Below are positions 32,848-43,609 of a DNA stretch of 64,000 nucleotides, piece after piece. The stretch is from NCBI GenBank assembly GCA_963783375.1, contig CAWANH010000028.1:1056001-1120000 (forward strand), in the 5' to 3' direction. The position numbers were made by a program, and so were the translations under genes. Every line of letters begins with the position of its first letter. Positions within the stretch are counted from its first letter, which is position 1. This DNA is from Candidatus Eiseniibacteriota bacterium (GTDB lineage: Bacteria > Eisenbacteria > RBG-16-71-46 > JABDJR01). Below the pieces are notes generated by a model that searched no databases, was not told the origin of the DNA, and worked only from the letters and a program-made list of their open reading frames with translations.

Positions 32848-33719
32848 GCGCGCCCGCGGTGGGGTTCGGGGTGGGGGGAGCCGGCCCCTCGGGCCGGCGG
32901 CTCCGAGGCCTCGGGCGGGGCGCGTTGTGGGCGGTGCTGGCGTTGAGCCTTCTCACCATGCTCTTCCCGCTCTACTGGATGGCCCTCTTGTCCTTCAAGA
33001 CCGAGGGGTTCGTTCTTTCCGGGCCGGGGGCGCTGCTCCCGACCGGCCTCACCCTGGCCAACTACCGGGACGTGTGGGCGGCGGGGCCCTTCGGCCGGTA
33101 CTTCGTGAACAGCGCGGTGGTGGCGGCGCTGGTGGTGGCGGGGAACCTCCTGTTCGCCTCGATGGTGGGCTACGCCTTCGCCCGGCGGCGCTTCGCGGGG
33201 AAGCGGGGCCTGTGGCTGGCCATCCTGGCCACCCTGATGATCCCCAAGCAGATCATCATGATCCCGCTCTACATCCTGGTGGCCAAGGCGGGGATCCTCG
33301 ACACCTACGCCGCGCTCACCCTGCCGTTCCTGGTCGACGCCTTCAACGTGTTCCTCATGCGGCAGTACATCCAGCAACTCCCGGTGGATCTCGAGGAGGC
33401 GGCGCGGGTGGACGGGGCCGGGGACTGGGCGGTGTTTTGGCGGGTGGTGCTTCCCCTGGCCCGGCCGGCCCTGGCGGTGGTGGGAATCAACACCTTCCTC
33501 GTGAACTGGAACTCGTTCCTCTATCCGTTGATCCTCACCTCGAGCGAGACGATGCGGACGATCCCGGTGGGGCTGGCCCTCTACAGCCAGGGACAGCACG
33601 CGGTGGACTGGGGGCACCTCATGGCGGGGTCGATGCTGGCCACCCTCCCGGTGCTGGCGGTGTTCCTGATCTTCCAGCGCCACATCATCGAGGGGATCAC
33701 CGCGGGGGCGGGGAAGTGA
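32844..33719 (+). CDS. Carbohydrate ABC transporter permease
   Basis: LPVDLEEAARVDGA, WNSFLYP, FQRHIIEGITAGAGK; GTG overlaps the upstream stop. Confidence 0.94.
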   Translation: MSAPAVGFGVGGAGPSGRRLRGLGRGALWAVLALSLLTMLFPLYWMALLSFKTEGFVLSGPGALLPTGLTLANYRDVWAAGPFGRYFVNSAVVAALVVAGNLLFASMVGYAFARRRFAGKRGLWLAILATLMIPKQIIMIPLYILVAKAGILDTYAALTLPFLVDAFNVFLMRQYIQQLPVDLEEAARVDGAGDWAVFWRVVLPLARPALAVVGINTFLVNWNSFLYPLILTSSETMRTIPVGLALYSQGQHAVDWGHLMAGSMLATLPVLAVFLIFQRHIIEGITAGAGK

Positions 33720-33750
33720 CCGGCCCCCCAGGCCCCGACGGGATCGAGCT

Positions 33751-35911
33751 TCACTGAAAAGGATTGGGAATGAGAGCGTGGAGGCCCGGGGGGAGATACC
33801 CGGCGCTGGGCGGACGGAGGACCCGGGTCACGCCGTAGTCGAAGTCCAGCACGGCATCCGGTGGGTTGGACCCCACCTCCACCGGATGGCTGAAGCGGAC
33901 CCCCGCGTAGGCCATTCCGTTCCGGAGCAGGCGCCCGGATACCGCGAAGTCGTCGGGATTCACCACGTCTCCGCCCCGGGTCAGGGTCGTTCCCACGAGT
34001 TGGCCCCGGATCTCGGTATCGGTCAGCCGGTAGGTGTTCCCGCCCAGGGTCCCGGTGTCCTCGAACCGCCAGTGCCAGATGTTTCCCCCGGGGTGAAGCC
34101 CTCGCTCTCCCAACGGAACAGCTGACGGGACTCGTCGAAGACGATCCGGCCCCCGCCCTCCAGCGTCGCCGACCCGCTCAGGGTGTCCTCCTGGTCCGGG
34201 TAGCCGCAATCCGCCACGATCCCGTGGTTCAAGAGGTCCAGGTCCACTCCTCCCACCCCGGGGAACTCGATGGAACCGGTCAACGTTCGCTCGATGCGGG
34301 CCGGGGGGTCGCAGACCACGCCCGGTTTGTACGGCCAGTTCATGGGACGGCTGTCCTGGGTCACGGCAAGAGACAGGAGCCCCGGTACCTCGACATCGAA
34401 CTCCAGGGTGCCGTAGGCCAGAAACCCGCCCCCCGGGTAGGGCGACCAGCCGGAGAGGACATCAGGCTCCCGCCATTCCATGGTGTGGACATGGACGGTC
34501 CAGATGGGGCCGGAAGAGGGTTCGATGCGGAAACGGTCGGTGGGCTCGCTCTCGTATACGAAGTCCCCGCCGCTCCGGCGCAGGGTCCCGGTCGTGGGTC
34601 CCGGCTCCCCGGAAACCGTGGCGGCCCAGCGGAGGGCGGAGGCGACCGCTCCGATCACCTGGTCGCCGACTTCGGAGAGCGCGTAACCGGATTGCGTCAT
34701 CGCGTCCAGGAAGGCCAGGGTGGCCGCATCCGGCCCGGCCACCAGACTCACCCGCACGGTCTCGGTCCGGAGCGTGTCGGCGCGGAGCACGGCCCGGATG
34801 GTCGCCTCCGGCGGGTCGGGGAGGACGGCGGGGGCGGTATAGCTTCCATCGGCGGTGATCGTGCCGTGGGCCGGTCCATCGTCCACGCTCCAGAGCACGG
34901 TGCCATCGGCGGGGCCGTCCACCCGGGCGGCGAACGCGGCGGTCCCTCCGGTGGCCAGGGTATCGCCGGGAGACGTCGACGGCGAGCCCGTACTCGGCCC
35001 GGATGGGAAGGGTCACGGTGTCGGTGCGATCGGGATGTCCGGCCAGGGCCGCCCGGATGGTGATCTCCGGAGGATCGGGGGGCGCGGCCGGGGCGGTGTA
35101 GGTCCCGTCCGGGGTGATCGCGCCTTGACCGGCGCCGCCGGCGACGCTCCAGACCACCCCGGTCTCATCCGTGGCGTAGAGGGAGGTGTGGAAGGCGTAG
35201 GTCCGGGCCGCCACCAGCTCCGACGGCGGGTCGGCGATCTCCACCACCGGCTGGGCGAGGAGGTGGATCCGGGCCTGGCCCACCGCCTGGGGGTCGGCTT
35301 CGCTCACCGCCCAGACCGCGATCCAGAGTTCGGGGTGATCCTCGGCCGGGGCGGTGTAGAGCCCGGTGGTGTCCACGGTGCCCGGGTAGGGCTCGACCGC
35401 GACGGGGAGGACGCCGGGCGCGCCGGAGGCGGGTTGGGGCGGCTCCACGCTGGTCACGTGCCACTGGACCCGCTTGTCGCCTGTCCCGACCACGACCGCC
35501 GCCAGCTGCAGGGCGTCCCCGAACCCCACCGTGGCCTCGCGTGGGGTTCACCGCCAAGCCGATCCCCATCCCCGGGTTCTCGGTGAGGACGGACAGCGCG
35601 GTGTCGGCGGCGCCGCCCCGGTTGGTGGCCACGACCTGGATCCAATGGCGCCCGTTCCTGCGGTCGGTGGTCGGGAAGCGCAGCTCGAACGGCGCGTTCC
35701 GGTCGGAGTCCACCCACTCGAAGTCCACGAACAGGGAGACGCTGTCCGCGCCCTCGGCGGTGACCGGCACCAGGGTGGTATCGCTCAGCACCGAGTACGG
35801 GACGAGCCCGACCGACTGCAGCGCGGGAGGCTCGGGAAGCGGGCGGGTGGACTCCTTGCCGCAGGCGGTGAGCATCAGGAGGACGACCGCGAGCAGCAGT
35901 CGGGATTTCAT
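33751..35911 (-). pseudogene. Ig-repeat lipoprotein, paralog of 35908-38538, split by three frameshifts
   Basis: MKSRLLL...LTAC lipobox; colinear segments switch frame at ~35540, ~34970 and ~34087; ends LIPNPFQ*. Confidence 0.75.
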
Positions 35912-38538
35912 GGCGTGGTCCCCGCGAATGGGTTGGAGACGTACGGCGGCCAGCTTTCGGGATAGTCGATCAGGCCGGGTTCCCGGACCACGACGCGCTC
36001 GCCACCGGGCACATCGAGGACTCCCCGGGGGAGCCCCGACGTCTGGGTCGGCACCCGATCGAAGTGAACCGGCGCGTAGGCCGTGCCGTCCCGGGTCAAG
36101 GTCCCGGAGGCCTCGAACGACCCGAGGTCGAGCTGGATCGTGCACAGCGCACAGGGAAGGTAGAACGCCCCCGCCACCGCCGCGGGGTTCAGGCCGTAGT
36201 GATGGCCGCCGTGCGCGCCGGAGTCGGCGAACCGCCAGTTCCAGCGCGTCCACCCCGCCCCGGTGAGGTGGTCGTGGAACGAGTACCCCGTGAACGCCTC
36301 GTCGAGCGAGATCCGATCCCCGTTTTCGAGCGTCGCCTCTCCAAGCACGCTCTCGTCGGTGCTCCACCCGTCCCGGCCGGAGGCAGTCAGCCCGGTATGG
36401 CGGAGATTCACCTCCGCCGTTCCGGCTTCGGGGAGGGATACCCGGCCGGCGACCGTGCGGTCGAAGGGGCTCCCCGAGGCGGCGCCCTGGACTCCGGGCG
36501 CGGCCGCCTGTCCCTGGGAGACGGTGAGATCGAACCCGTCCCCGTCGGTGGCGCGGAAGGCCAGCGTCCCCACGAAGTCGAAGCCGTTCGGGCTCTCCGG
36601 CTCGCGGACGTCGAGAGAACCCTGGTAGCCCGTCACCCAAACCGTCCAGGCCGGACCCGCCAGGGGTTGGATGACGAGCCGGTCGGCGGGGGCCGGCGCG
36701 TACGTGTAGGTGGAGAGGTCCTGGCGCAGGGTTCCGGTGGTCGGAGACGCGCCGCTCAGGCGGCCGGCCAGGTCCAGCGCGTAGGCCACCACCCCGGTGA
36801 CCTGGTCGCTCACCAGGCTCAGATCGTGCCCGGTCTGGACCAGGGCGTTCAGGAAGGCGCTTTCGCCGGGGGCGGAATGGGGAACCAGCCCCACCGTCGC
36901 GGTGCCGCTGGCCAGGGGGTCGAGCGCGCTGGTCGCCCGCACCACGATGGTCATGCCGGAGAACACCACCGGAGCGACGTAGTTACCATTGCTGTCGATG
37001 GTCCCGTGACCCAGGCCGCCGTCCACGCTCCAGTCGACCTGGTTGTTCGGGGCGCCCTGGACCGTGGCGTGGAACTGGACCGAGTTTCCCGAATAGAGCG
37101 CGTGCACGAATTCCGGAGCGACGTAGACCTCGTACTCCGCCCGAATGGGGATGGAGCGCTGATCGTACCGGGTCGAATCCTCCACGCTGGTGGCCCGAAC
37201 CGCGACCTGGGAGCCCGGGGGCAGGCTGTTCGGGGCCCGGTAGTTCCCGGCGTCGTCGAGGGTTCCGGTGGCCGGACCTCCGGGAAGGCTCCAGGTCACC
37301 CGCGCGTCCGAGGCCACGTCCACCCGGGCGCGGAAGGAATAGGGACGGGCGGTCACGATCTCCGTCGGGGCGCTCGTGATCACCACCTCCAGCCCCTGTT
37401 CGAGCGTGACCCGGGCGGTCCCCACCGACTGGGGATCGTAGGCGCTGGCCGCCTGGATCAACGCATCGCCGCTCGGGGGGCGGTGCTTGGGGGCGTGGTA
37501 CATCCCATCCGGAGTGATGGTCCCCATGGTGGGGCTGTTGGCCACGCTCCAGGTCACCCCGGGATCCGGCGCGCCCGGAACCACCGCGCTCATCCCCAGA
37601 GAGTCCCCGGTCACCACGGTGGTATCCGGCGGGGTAATCGCCACCTCGAAGGGCCCTCGGATGGGCACGGTGACGGTGTCGGCCATGGTGGTGTCGGCCG
37701 CGCTCACCGCCACCACCACGACTTCCGGCGGATCGGGGACGGCGCCGGGCGCCCGGTAGTTCCCCCGGTAGTCGATCGCGCCGTGCTCCGGTCCGGCGGG
37801 AAGCCTCCAGATCACCCCGCGGTCCGAACGGCCGAAGGCCTTGGCGGCGAAGGTATAGCTCCGATCGGTGATGATCATGGGCGGGTGATCGTAGATCCGG
37901 ACGTAGACCCGGGGTTGAAGCGTGATCCCGGCTCTCGCCCCGGTCTGATGGTCGAGAACCGAGACCGCCCGCACCCAGACCCGGGCGCCGGACCGGGCCT
38001 CGGAGGGTGCGGTGTAGAGCCCGTCCGGGTCCACCTGGCCGGGACCGGTGACCGCGTTTCCGCCCGCGTCGATCAACCCCCAGGTCACCGCGTGGTTGTC
38101 GTTTCCGAACACCAGGGCCTGGAACCGGAGGGTGTCACCGGCCGCCAGCTCGACCTCGGCGGGCAGCACCGCCACCGCGAGACCCTTCCCGGGATTCCCG
38201 GTAAGCACCTCCACCGTGGTGTCGGCGTATCCCGCGCGGTTCATGGCCCTCGCGGTCAGGAGATGGTAGCCGTTCTCGAGCGCGGCGGTCTGGAACCCCA
38301 GCTCGAAGGGTTCGGTGCGATCGGCGGCCAGGCGAAGGGATCCGTCATAGAGGAGCACGCTGTCCGCGCCCTCGGCGGTCACCGGGACGGTGACGCTGTC
38401 GGACAGCACGCTCCAGGGGGTGAGCCCGACCGACAGGATCACCGGCGGGTCGGCCGGACCGGGACGCGTCGGCTGGCCCTTGCCGCAGGAGAGAAGCGCC
38501 GAGACGAGGATCAGGGCGAACGGGACGAGGCGTTTCAC
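35908..38538 (-). CDS. Large lipoprotein with tandem Ig-like repeats and beta-rich C-terminal domain
   Basis: Lipobox LLSC; five repeats VxW...GTIxxxGxYxAP...VxAxSxxD; start GTG. Confidence 0.85.
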   Translation of the reverse strand: MKRLVPFALILVSALLSCGKGQPTRPGPADPPVILSVGLTPWSVLSDSVTVPVTAEGADSVLLYDGSLRLAADRTEPFELGFQTAALENGYHLLTARAMNRAGYADTTVEVLTGNPGKGLAVAVLPAEVELAAGDTLRFQALVFGNDNHAVTWGLIDAGGNAVTGPGQVDPDGLYTAPSEARSGARVWVRAVSVLDHQTGARAGITLQPRVYVRIYDHPPMIITDRSYTFAAKAFGRSDRGVIWRLPAGPEHGAIDYRGNYRAPGAVPDPPEVVVVAVSAADTTMADTVTVPIRGPFEVAITPPDTTVVTGDSLGMSAVVPGAPDPGVTWSVANSPTMGTITPDGMYHAPKHRPPSGDALIQAASAYDPQSVGTARVTLEQGLEVVITSAPTEIVTARPYSFRARVDVASDARVTWSLPGGPATGTLDDAGNYRAPNSLPPGSQVAVRATSVEDSTRYDQRSIPIRAEYEVYVAPEFVHALYSGNSVQFHATVQGAPNNQVDWSVDGGLGHGTIDSNGNYVAPVVFSGMTIVVRATSALDPLASGTATVGLVPHSAPGESAFLNALVQTGHDLSLVSDQVTGVVAYALDLAGRLSGASPTTGTLRQDLSTYTYAPAPADRLVIQPLAGPAWTVWVTGYQGSLDVREPESPNGFDFVGTLAFRATDGDGFDLTVSQGQAAAPGVQGAASGSPFDRTVAGRVSLPEAGTAEVNLRHTGLTASGRDGWSTDESVLGEATLENGDRISLDEAFTGYSFHDHLTGAGWTRWNWRFADSGAHGGHHYGLNPAAVAGAFYLPCALCTIQLDLGSFEASGTLTRDGTAYAPVHFDRVPTQTSGLPRGVLDVPGGERVVVREPGLIDYPESWPPYVSNPFAGTTP

Positions 38539-38689
38539 GGTGGCCTCCGGGGGGGGGAACCGGCAAATTATACCACCGTATCGTTCACGCGCCCAACCCG
38601 GCGGGATTTCAATGAAAACGGCGGATTCTCATTGATGGAGCCTGGGCCGGGGGTTCCGTCCGCGCGGCGGAATGCCCGCGGAGCGGCGG

Positions 38690-39525
38690 TTACTTGCCGC
38701 CGGGCTCGGCGGGTCGGCCGACCGTGGAGCGATACTGCGACTCGAAGGCTTTCAGGTGCGCCTGGTGGGGCGGCGCGATGGGGGCGATGAAGGGGGCCTG
38801 GCCCCGGGGGAGAACCATGCGCTTCCCGGCGGGGACCGCCTCCAGGGCGCCGGGGTTGGGGCCGATCCGGGCCGTGCCCTCCTGGACGCACACGCAGGTG
38901 CCGGTCGAGTCGGTGACCACGGACACGATGGTTCCGGTGAGCTCGATCATCCCATCGGGGGTATGCACGACCAGCCCGCGGCCGGAGAACTCGGGGCCGG
39001 TCATCACCTGCAGTTCCCCGACCCGGACCAGGCACCGCGCGGTGGACCCCATCCAGCGGCCGGGGGAGTTGGGGATGGTCCACTCGGTGCCCGGCGAGGC
39101 CTGGAACATGAGCACGTGATCGAACATGACGTCGACGGTGGTGGTCGGGTTCAGCTTCAAGGTGGCCCCGGGTTGGAGCGCGGCGGTCAGGGCGCCGTGG
39201 ATCGGAGAGCGGGATCTCCACCGCGTTCACCCACGCCGTGCCCTCCCCGGCGGCGCGCACCAGGGTGAGGGCGGGACCGCGGTTCACCAGGACCAGCGCC
39301 ACCACCAGGATCGGCCGCCGCGGCGGGAAGCGCCACCCAGCGGGTCCACCAGCCCGGCCCGGGGGCCCCGGTGGGCACGGGCTTTCCCTCGACCCGCCCG
39401 GAGACGAAGTCGTTCCGGAGGCGGTTCCGGAAGGCGGGGTTGGCCGCGGGAGCGCCGAGGGCCCGCACCGCATCCCGCACCCGTTCCTCCTCCGGGGTGA
39501 GCGCCGGATCCCGAGGCTCGCTCAT
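38690..39525 (-). pseudogene. FecR-like anti-sigma/sensor, split by two frameshifts
   Basis: AFRNRLRNDF, TM ILVVALVLV, FecR-like VHTPDGMIELTGT...VQEG; frame switches at ~39312 and ~39197; overlaps the sigma stop. Confidence 0.7.
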
Positions 39526-40169
39526 GCCAGCACCCCCCTCAGGAGCTCGCCCAGCCGCGAGAGCGCGCGGGAATAGCGCTTCCTCACCGCGGCATGGCTC
39601 GCCCCGACCACGCCCGCAATCTGGTCGTGGCTCATCCCCTGGTAGTCGTGCAGGAGCACGACGGCCCGGAGCGGTTCGGGGAGCTTGAGAATCGCTTCCT
39701 GCACCAGTTCCTCACGTTCCTTTCGCGCGATCTCCGGGACGCCGTCCGAGTCCCGGTGGGACGCGGCGTCCACCAGACCCGGGTGCTCGTCGATGGAGCT
39801 GGTGAGGCGGTCCATCCGATGGCGGCGGGAGCGCCATACGTCCCGGCAGGCGTTATAGGTGATGGTGGTGATCCAGGGTCCGGGGTCCCGGCTGGGATCG
39901 AGCCGGTGGGCCGCGCCGTAGATCTTCACGAACACGTCCTGGGTGGCGTCCTCGGCCGCCTCGGTGTCTCCGAGGAGGCGGTGAGCCAAGCCGTAGACCC
40001 GGTTGAAATAGGCCTCGAAGAGATCGTTCAGGGCCTGGGCGTCCCGGGCCTTCACCCGCTCCAGGACCTCCCGGGACAGATCGGGGCCGCCCGCCCTCGG
40101 GGGCGGGGACGCGGCCGGTTTCCCTGGGGTCATGGTCGGAGGCCGACCTGGATCCTTCCGGTTGTCCAT
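39522..40169 (-). CDS. ECF sigma-70 factor
   Basis: AEDATQDVF...PWITTITYNACRD; LPEPLRAVVLLHDYQGMSHDQIA...AVRKRYSRA. Confidence 0.92.
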   Translation of the reverse strand: MDNRKDPGRPPTMTPGKPAASPPPRAGGPDLSREVLERVKARDAQALNDLFEAYFNRVYGLAHRLLGDTEAAEDATQDVFVKIYGAAHRLDPSRDPGPWITTITYNACRDVWRSRRHRMDRLTSSIDEHPGLVDAASHRDSDGVPEIARKEREELVQEAILKLPEPLRAVVLLHDYQGMSHDQIAGVVGASHAAVRKRYSRALSRLGELLRGVLA

Positions 40170-40170
40170 C

Positions 40171-40563
40171 TTAAGTACGCAATTGCCCCTCAGGTGTGCC
40201 CGGGGCCGGACGACGGCGGTCCGGGATACCGGATTGCGGCGGCCGGGTCGAGGGGACGCCGGCCGGTCGGGAGCGCAGTCTATCAGACCCCGAATGGGGG
40301 GAGGGGAAGGGGCGAAGCCCGGCCTGGAGCGCCTCGGGAGCGTCACCGGGCCCCGGTGGCCGCGCCTCCGAGGCCTCGCCGGGCCGTTTGGGGATCTCGT
40401 CGGCCGGGGGCCGGGGACCGCTGGTCTGGACGATTCGAATCATGACGTAAACGCTCACGATGAGGACCAGGACGGCCCCCACCAGGATCACCCGGCGGCC
40501 GGACATCCGCCAGGTGCGCCGGCCCGGGGGGAGTTTGCCGGGAGGGCCGGGGGCGGGCGTCAT
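40171..40563 (-). CDS. Small single-pass membrane protein (hypothetical)
   Basis: One TM VILVGAVLVLIVSVYVMI followed by a Pro-rich tail; boundaries uncertain. Confidence 0.45.
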   Translation of the reverse strand: MTPAPGPPGKLPPGRRTWRMSGRRVILVGAVLVLIVSVYVMIRIVQTSGPRPPADEIPKRPGEASEARPPGPGDAPEALQAGLRPFPSPHSGSDRLRSRPAGVPSTRPPQSGIPDRRRPAPGTPEGQLRT

Positions 40564-40588
40564 CGGGCCGTCGCGCCGGATCGCACGG

Positions 40589-40798
40589 TCATCGCACCGT
40601 GGTGTCGGGAACCGAGGTGGTGTCCGGGGCCGGCACCGCTCCCGGTGGGGGCGCGGCCCGCCGCATCCAGACGAAGGCCATCATGATGACGAGCGCGGCC
40701 AGGACGACCACCCAGAAGGCGATCGAGCTCCGGCGGATGCCCGAGGCGGTCCGGGGGTCGTAGGTATCCCGTCGCTTTTCGTCGTCGGTCATGCCCAT
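40589..40798 (-). CDS. Small single-pass membrane protein (hypothetical)
   Basis: MGMTDDEKRR...IAFWVVVLAALVIMMAFVWM...; GC-rich third codon positions. Confidence 0.55.
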   Translation of the reverse strand: MGMTDDEKRRDTYDPRTASGIRRSSIAFWVVVLAALVIMMAFVWMRRAAPPPGAVPAPDTTSVPDTTVR

Positions 40799-40981
40799 CA
40801 CTATGACCGGAGGGTCTCGCCGGCGCAACCCGGACGGCGACAAGCCGATGAAGGGGGTCGGGTTTGCGCGGCGCTCCGCGGCCGTGGAATGAGCGTGGAA
40901 TAGTCGACCGAAGCAACGTAGAATATAATCGGCTCGATCGAAGAATTCCCTCGAGCGATCGAACTCCGGGAAAGGAGTTCC

Positions 40982-43546
40982 ATGATGAAGCCCGCGGCCG
41001 GAGTCCTCTTGACCCTCGCGTTGCTCGTTGCGGTCGCCGTGCCGCCCGCGGCGGGGCAGGCCGGCGGCCAGTCCCAGGCCGTGGTGGCGCTGCACATCGC
41101 CCCCAGCGCCGACTTCAGCAACCGCTGCACCTGGTGGTACCCGGACCAGCCCTGTGGGGACTTCACGACCTCGTGGCCTCTCGGCGCGGGGGCCATGGTC
41201 TACATGATCGTCGCTCGTGCGGATTCAGCCCTTGGGGTGAGCGGTCTGAGCTGCGGAGTCCGTTACCAAAGCCCGGGGACGGTGACGGATGGCGTCGGTG
41301 TGGACGTGTTCGGCTACACCTTCTGCTCGGACTTCCAGTTTCCCCAGAGCGCGGACGGGAATCCCAATCACCTCTTCCCCTACTCGGGCGGCGGGAACCG
41401 GTTCATCTGGGATTCGACCGCGAACTGCCGTCGGCACGTCGTGGCTCCGTACGGGGTCGAGACGATCGCGTGCGCATTCTACGTCTACGCCTACAGCCCC
41501 GACGAGTTCCGGGTGACGCCGAACGAAACCGGGGCGGGCCCCCCGGAGTTCCAGGTGCTGGACTGTGATGGGGCGATGGCGTCCGAACTGGCCTTCCCCG
41601 GGTCGGCGGGAATGATCGGGTTCGACCGGGCCGGATTCAACCCCTGCACGGACGCCCTCGGGAGCCTTCCTCCACCGGTCCTGCTGAACGCCTCGGGTGC
41701 GCCGGGCCACGACGAGGTGTCGGTGCTCTTCAGCGAGGAGGTGTTCGACGGGGCGGCCGTCTCCGCGAACTATGAGGTCCATCCCACTGCGTATCCCGCG
41801 TCCCCCCTGGAGGTGAACGCGGTGTCGGTTCTGGGGCCCACGGTGACCCTGACCCTGGCGTCGAACCTGGACGGGGTGACCCAGTACTCGGTGGACGTTT
41901 CCAACGTCGGCGGCTGGGGCGGGAGCCCGATCGCCCCGAACTCGACCGTCACCTTCACGACCGCGGTGCTGGACAGCGTCCCGCCGAATCTGACCGGGGC
42001 CTCGGGGTCGGCGGGGAAGGCCCAGGTGCTGGTCGATTTCAGCGAAGCCGTGGGGGGAGGGGGCGCTACCGCTTCCAATTTCAGCGTCTATCCGGTAGCG
42101 GACCCGGCGGGGGGGATCGCCGTGTGTTCGGCGGCGGCTTCAGGCGCCCGGGTCACCCTCACCCTGGCATCGAGCCTGGCCTGGGGAACCCAGTACGAGG
42201 TGCGGGTTTCCAACGTCCAGGACAAGGCGGGGAACGTGATCGCGCCCAACTCGACCGCGACCTTCACCACCCAACCGGGGGACACCACCCCACCGACCCT
42301 GGTCGCGGTGACCGGGGCGGCGAGCAGCGACGGCGTTCTGGTGGACTTCAGCGAAACCGTGGCCGCGGGCACGGTCATCCCGGCCAACTTCGCGGTTTAC
42401 CCCGCTTTGGACCCCGCGTCACCCCTCGAGGTGATCGAGACATCGGCCTCGGGCAGCCGGGCGAGGCTCACCCTGGCCTCGAAGCTGGCCGGATTCACGC
42501 AGTACGCGGTGAGCGTCTCGAACGTCACCGATACCTGGGGGAACGTGATCGCCCCGAACGCGACCGCGACGTTCACGACCGGCGCCCCGGACCTCACCCC
42601 GCCGACCCTGACCCTGGCCTCGGGCTCGGCCGGCGACAACCGGATTACGGTGTTCTTCAGCGAAGCGGTGGGTGCCAACGCGGCGGTGGCGACGAACTAC
42701 GCCGTACACCCGTCCGACGAGCCTTCCGCGCCCCTGGCCGTCCTCGCGGCCGTCATCCCGCCCGGTTCCTCCAGCTCCGAGGTGATCCTGACCCTGGACG
42801 GGGCCCTCGACTACCGCACCTACACCGTGGTGGTCTCGGGGGTCAGGGACGTGGCCGGGAACCCCATCGCGCCCGACTCCCCGATCAACTTCACCGCCAC
42901 GAGTCTTCACGGCCTGCCGGGCGGTCAGTCCCAGTCCGTGGTGACGCTCCACGTTCAGACCCACGTGGCAAAGCAGATCATCTGCGATGGGCTGAGCAGC
43001 ACCCTGAGCTGCAATGAATTCGTTCAGACCTGGCCGGTTCACAAGGGGGCCGACGTCTACCTGGTGGTGGCCTGGGCGCGGGCGGACCTGGGGATCAGCG
43101 GGGTGAGCTGCGGGATCCGCTACGACCCGGCGCCCGGAGCGGGGTGCGACGTCCTGGGGTACTCGTCGTGCGCGGATCTCGAGTACACCAACGCCGGGGC
43201 CAATGGCGAGTGGCCGGCATCGGGGGGAGGGAACCGCCTCATCTGGCTCCGGACCACGAACTGCCAGCGGACCGAGCGGCCGGCCTGCGCGGTCCACGCG
43301 GTGGCGGCCGGGTTCTACGTGTACGCCTACGGCCCCGACCAGTTCGCGGTCATTCAGAACGAGAACCTGGAGACCGGGCCGGAGTTCCAGGTGGTGGACT
43401 GCGACGGGCCGGTGAGTTCCAGCATGGAGTTCCCGACCCACGCCGGGAAAGTCGGTTTCGGGATGGCCGGCTACAACCCCTGTACCGCGCTGGACGTGCC
43501 GACGGTTCACACGACCTGGGGGCGGCTCAAGAACCAGTATCACTGA
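40982..43546 (+). CDS. Secreted protein: Cys-rich domain, four SbsA/Big_5-like Ig repeats, second Cys-rich domain, TWGRLK tail
   Basis: Signal peptide; four repeats PPxL...VxFSExV...LTL...YxVxVSxV..GNxIAP; two copies of a GGQSQ..SGGGNR..YVYAY..PEFQV..GxNPC domain. Confidence 0.85.
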   Translation: MMKPAAGVLLTLALLVAVAVPPAAGQAGGQSQAVVALHIAPSADFSNRCTWWYPDQPCGDFTTSWPLGAGAMVYMIVARADSALGVSGLSCGVRYQSPGTVTDGVGVDVFGYTFCSDFQFPQSADGNPNHLFPYSGGGNRFIWDSTANCRRHVVAPYGVETIACAFYVYAYSPDEFRVTPNETGAGPPEFQVLDCDGAMASELAFPGSAGMIGFDRAGFNPCTDALGSLPPPVLLNASGAPGHDEVSVLFSEEVFDGAAVSANYEVHPTAYPASPLEVNAVSVLGPTVTLTLASNLDGVTQYSVDVSNVGGWGGSPIAPNSTVTFTTAVLDSVPPNLTGASGSAGKAQVLVDFSEAVGGGGATASNFSVYPVADPAGGIAVCSAAASGARVTLTLASSLAWGTQYEVRVSNVQDKAGNVIAPNSTATFTTQPGDTTPPTLVAVTGAASSDGVLVDFSETVAAGTVIPANFAVYPALDPASPLEVIETSASGSRARLTLASKLAGFTQYAVSVSNVTDTWGNVIAPNATATFTTGAPDLTPPTLTLASGSAGDNRITVFFSEAVGANAAVATNYAVHPSDEPSAPLAVLAAVIPPGSSSSEVILTLDGALDYRTYTVVVSGVRDVAGNPIAPDSPINFTATSLHGLPGGQSQSVVTLHVQTHVAKQIICDGLSSTLSCNEFVQTWPVHKGADVYLVVAWARADLGISGVSCGIRYDPAPGAGCDVLGYSSCADLEYTNAGANGEWPASGGGNRLIWLRTTNCQRTERPACAVHAVAAGFYVYAYGPDQFAVIQNENLETGPEFQVVDCDGPVSSSMEFPTHAGKVGFGMAGYNPCTALDVPTVHTTWGRLKNQYH

Positions 43547-43609
43547 CCGGTCAGGGGCCGGGAAATTGTCGGTTTGCGGAAACGGCGGCATTCGCCAAGG
43601 AGGTCGAAC

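Noticed and set aside
33751-39525. Programmed frameshifting or phase variation in the split genes
   Set aside because: Several shifts per gene at unrelated contexts with no shared slippery motif; assembly error or decay is simpler.
41650-42900. DNA-level repeats as a CRISPR array or mobile repeat
   Set aside because: They are degenerate ~315-nt in-frame Ig-domain repeats; no repeat-spacer structure or cas genes in the window.
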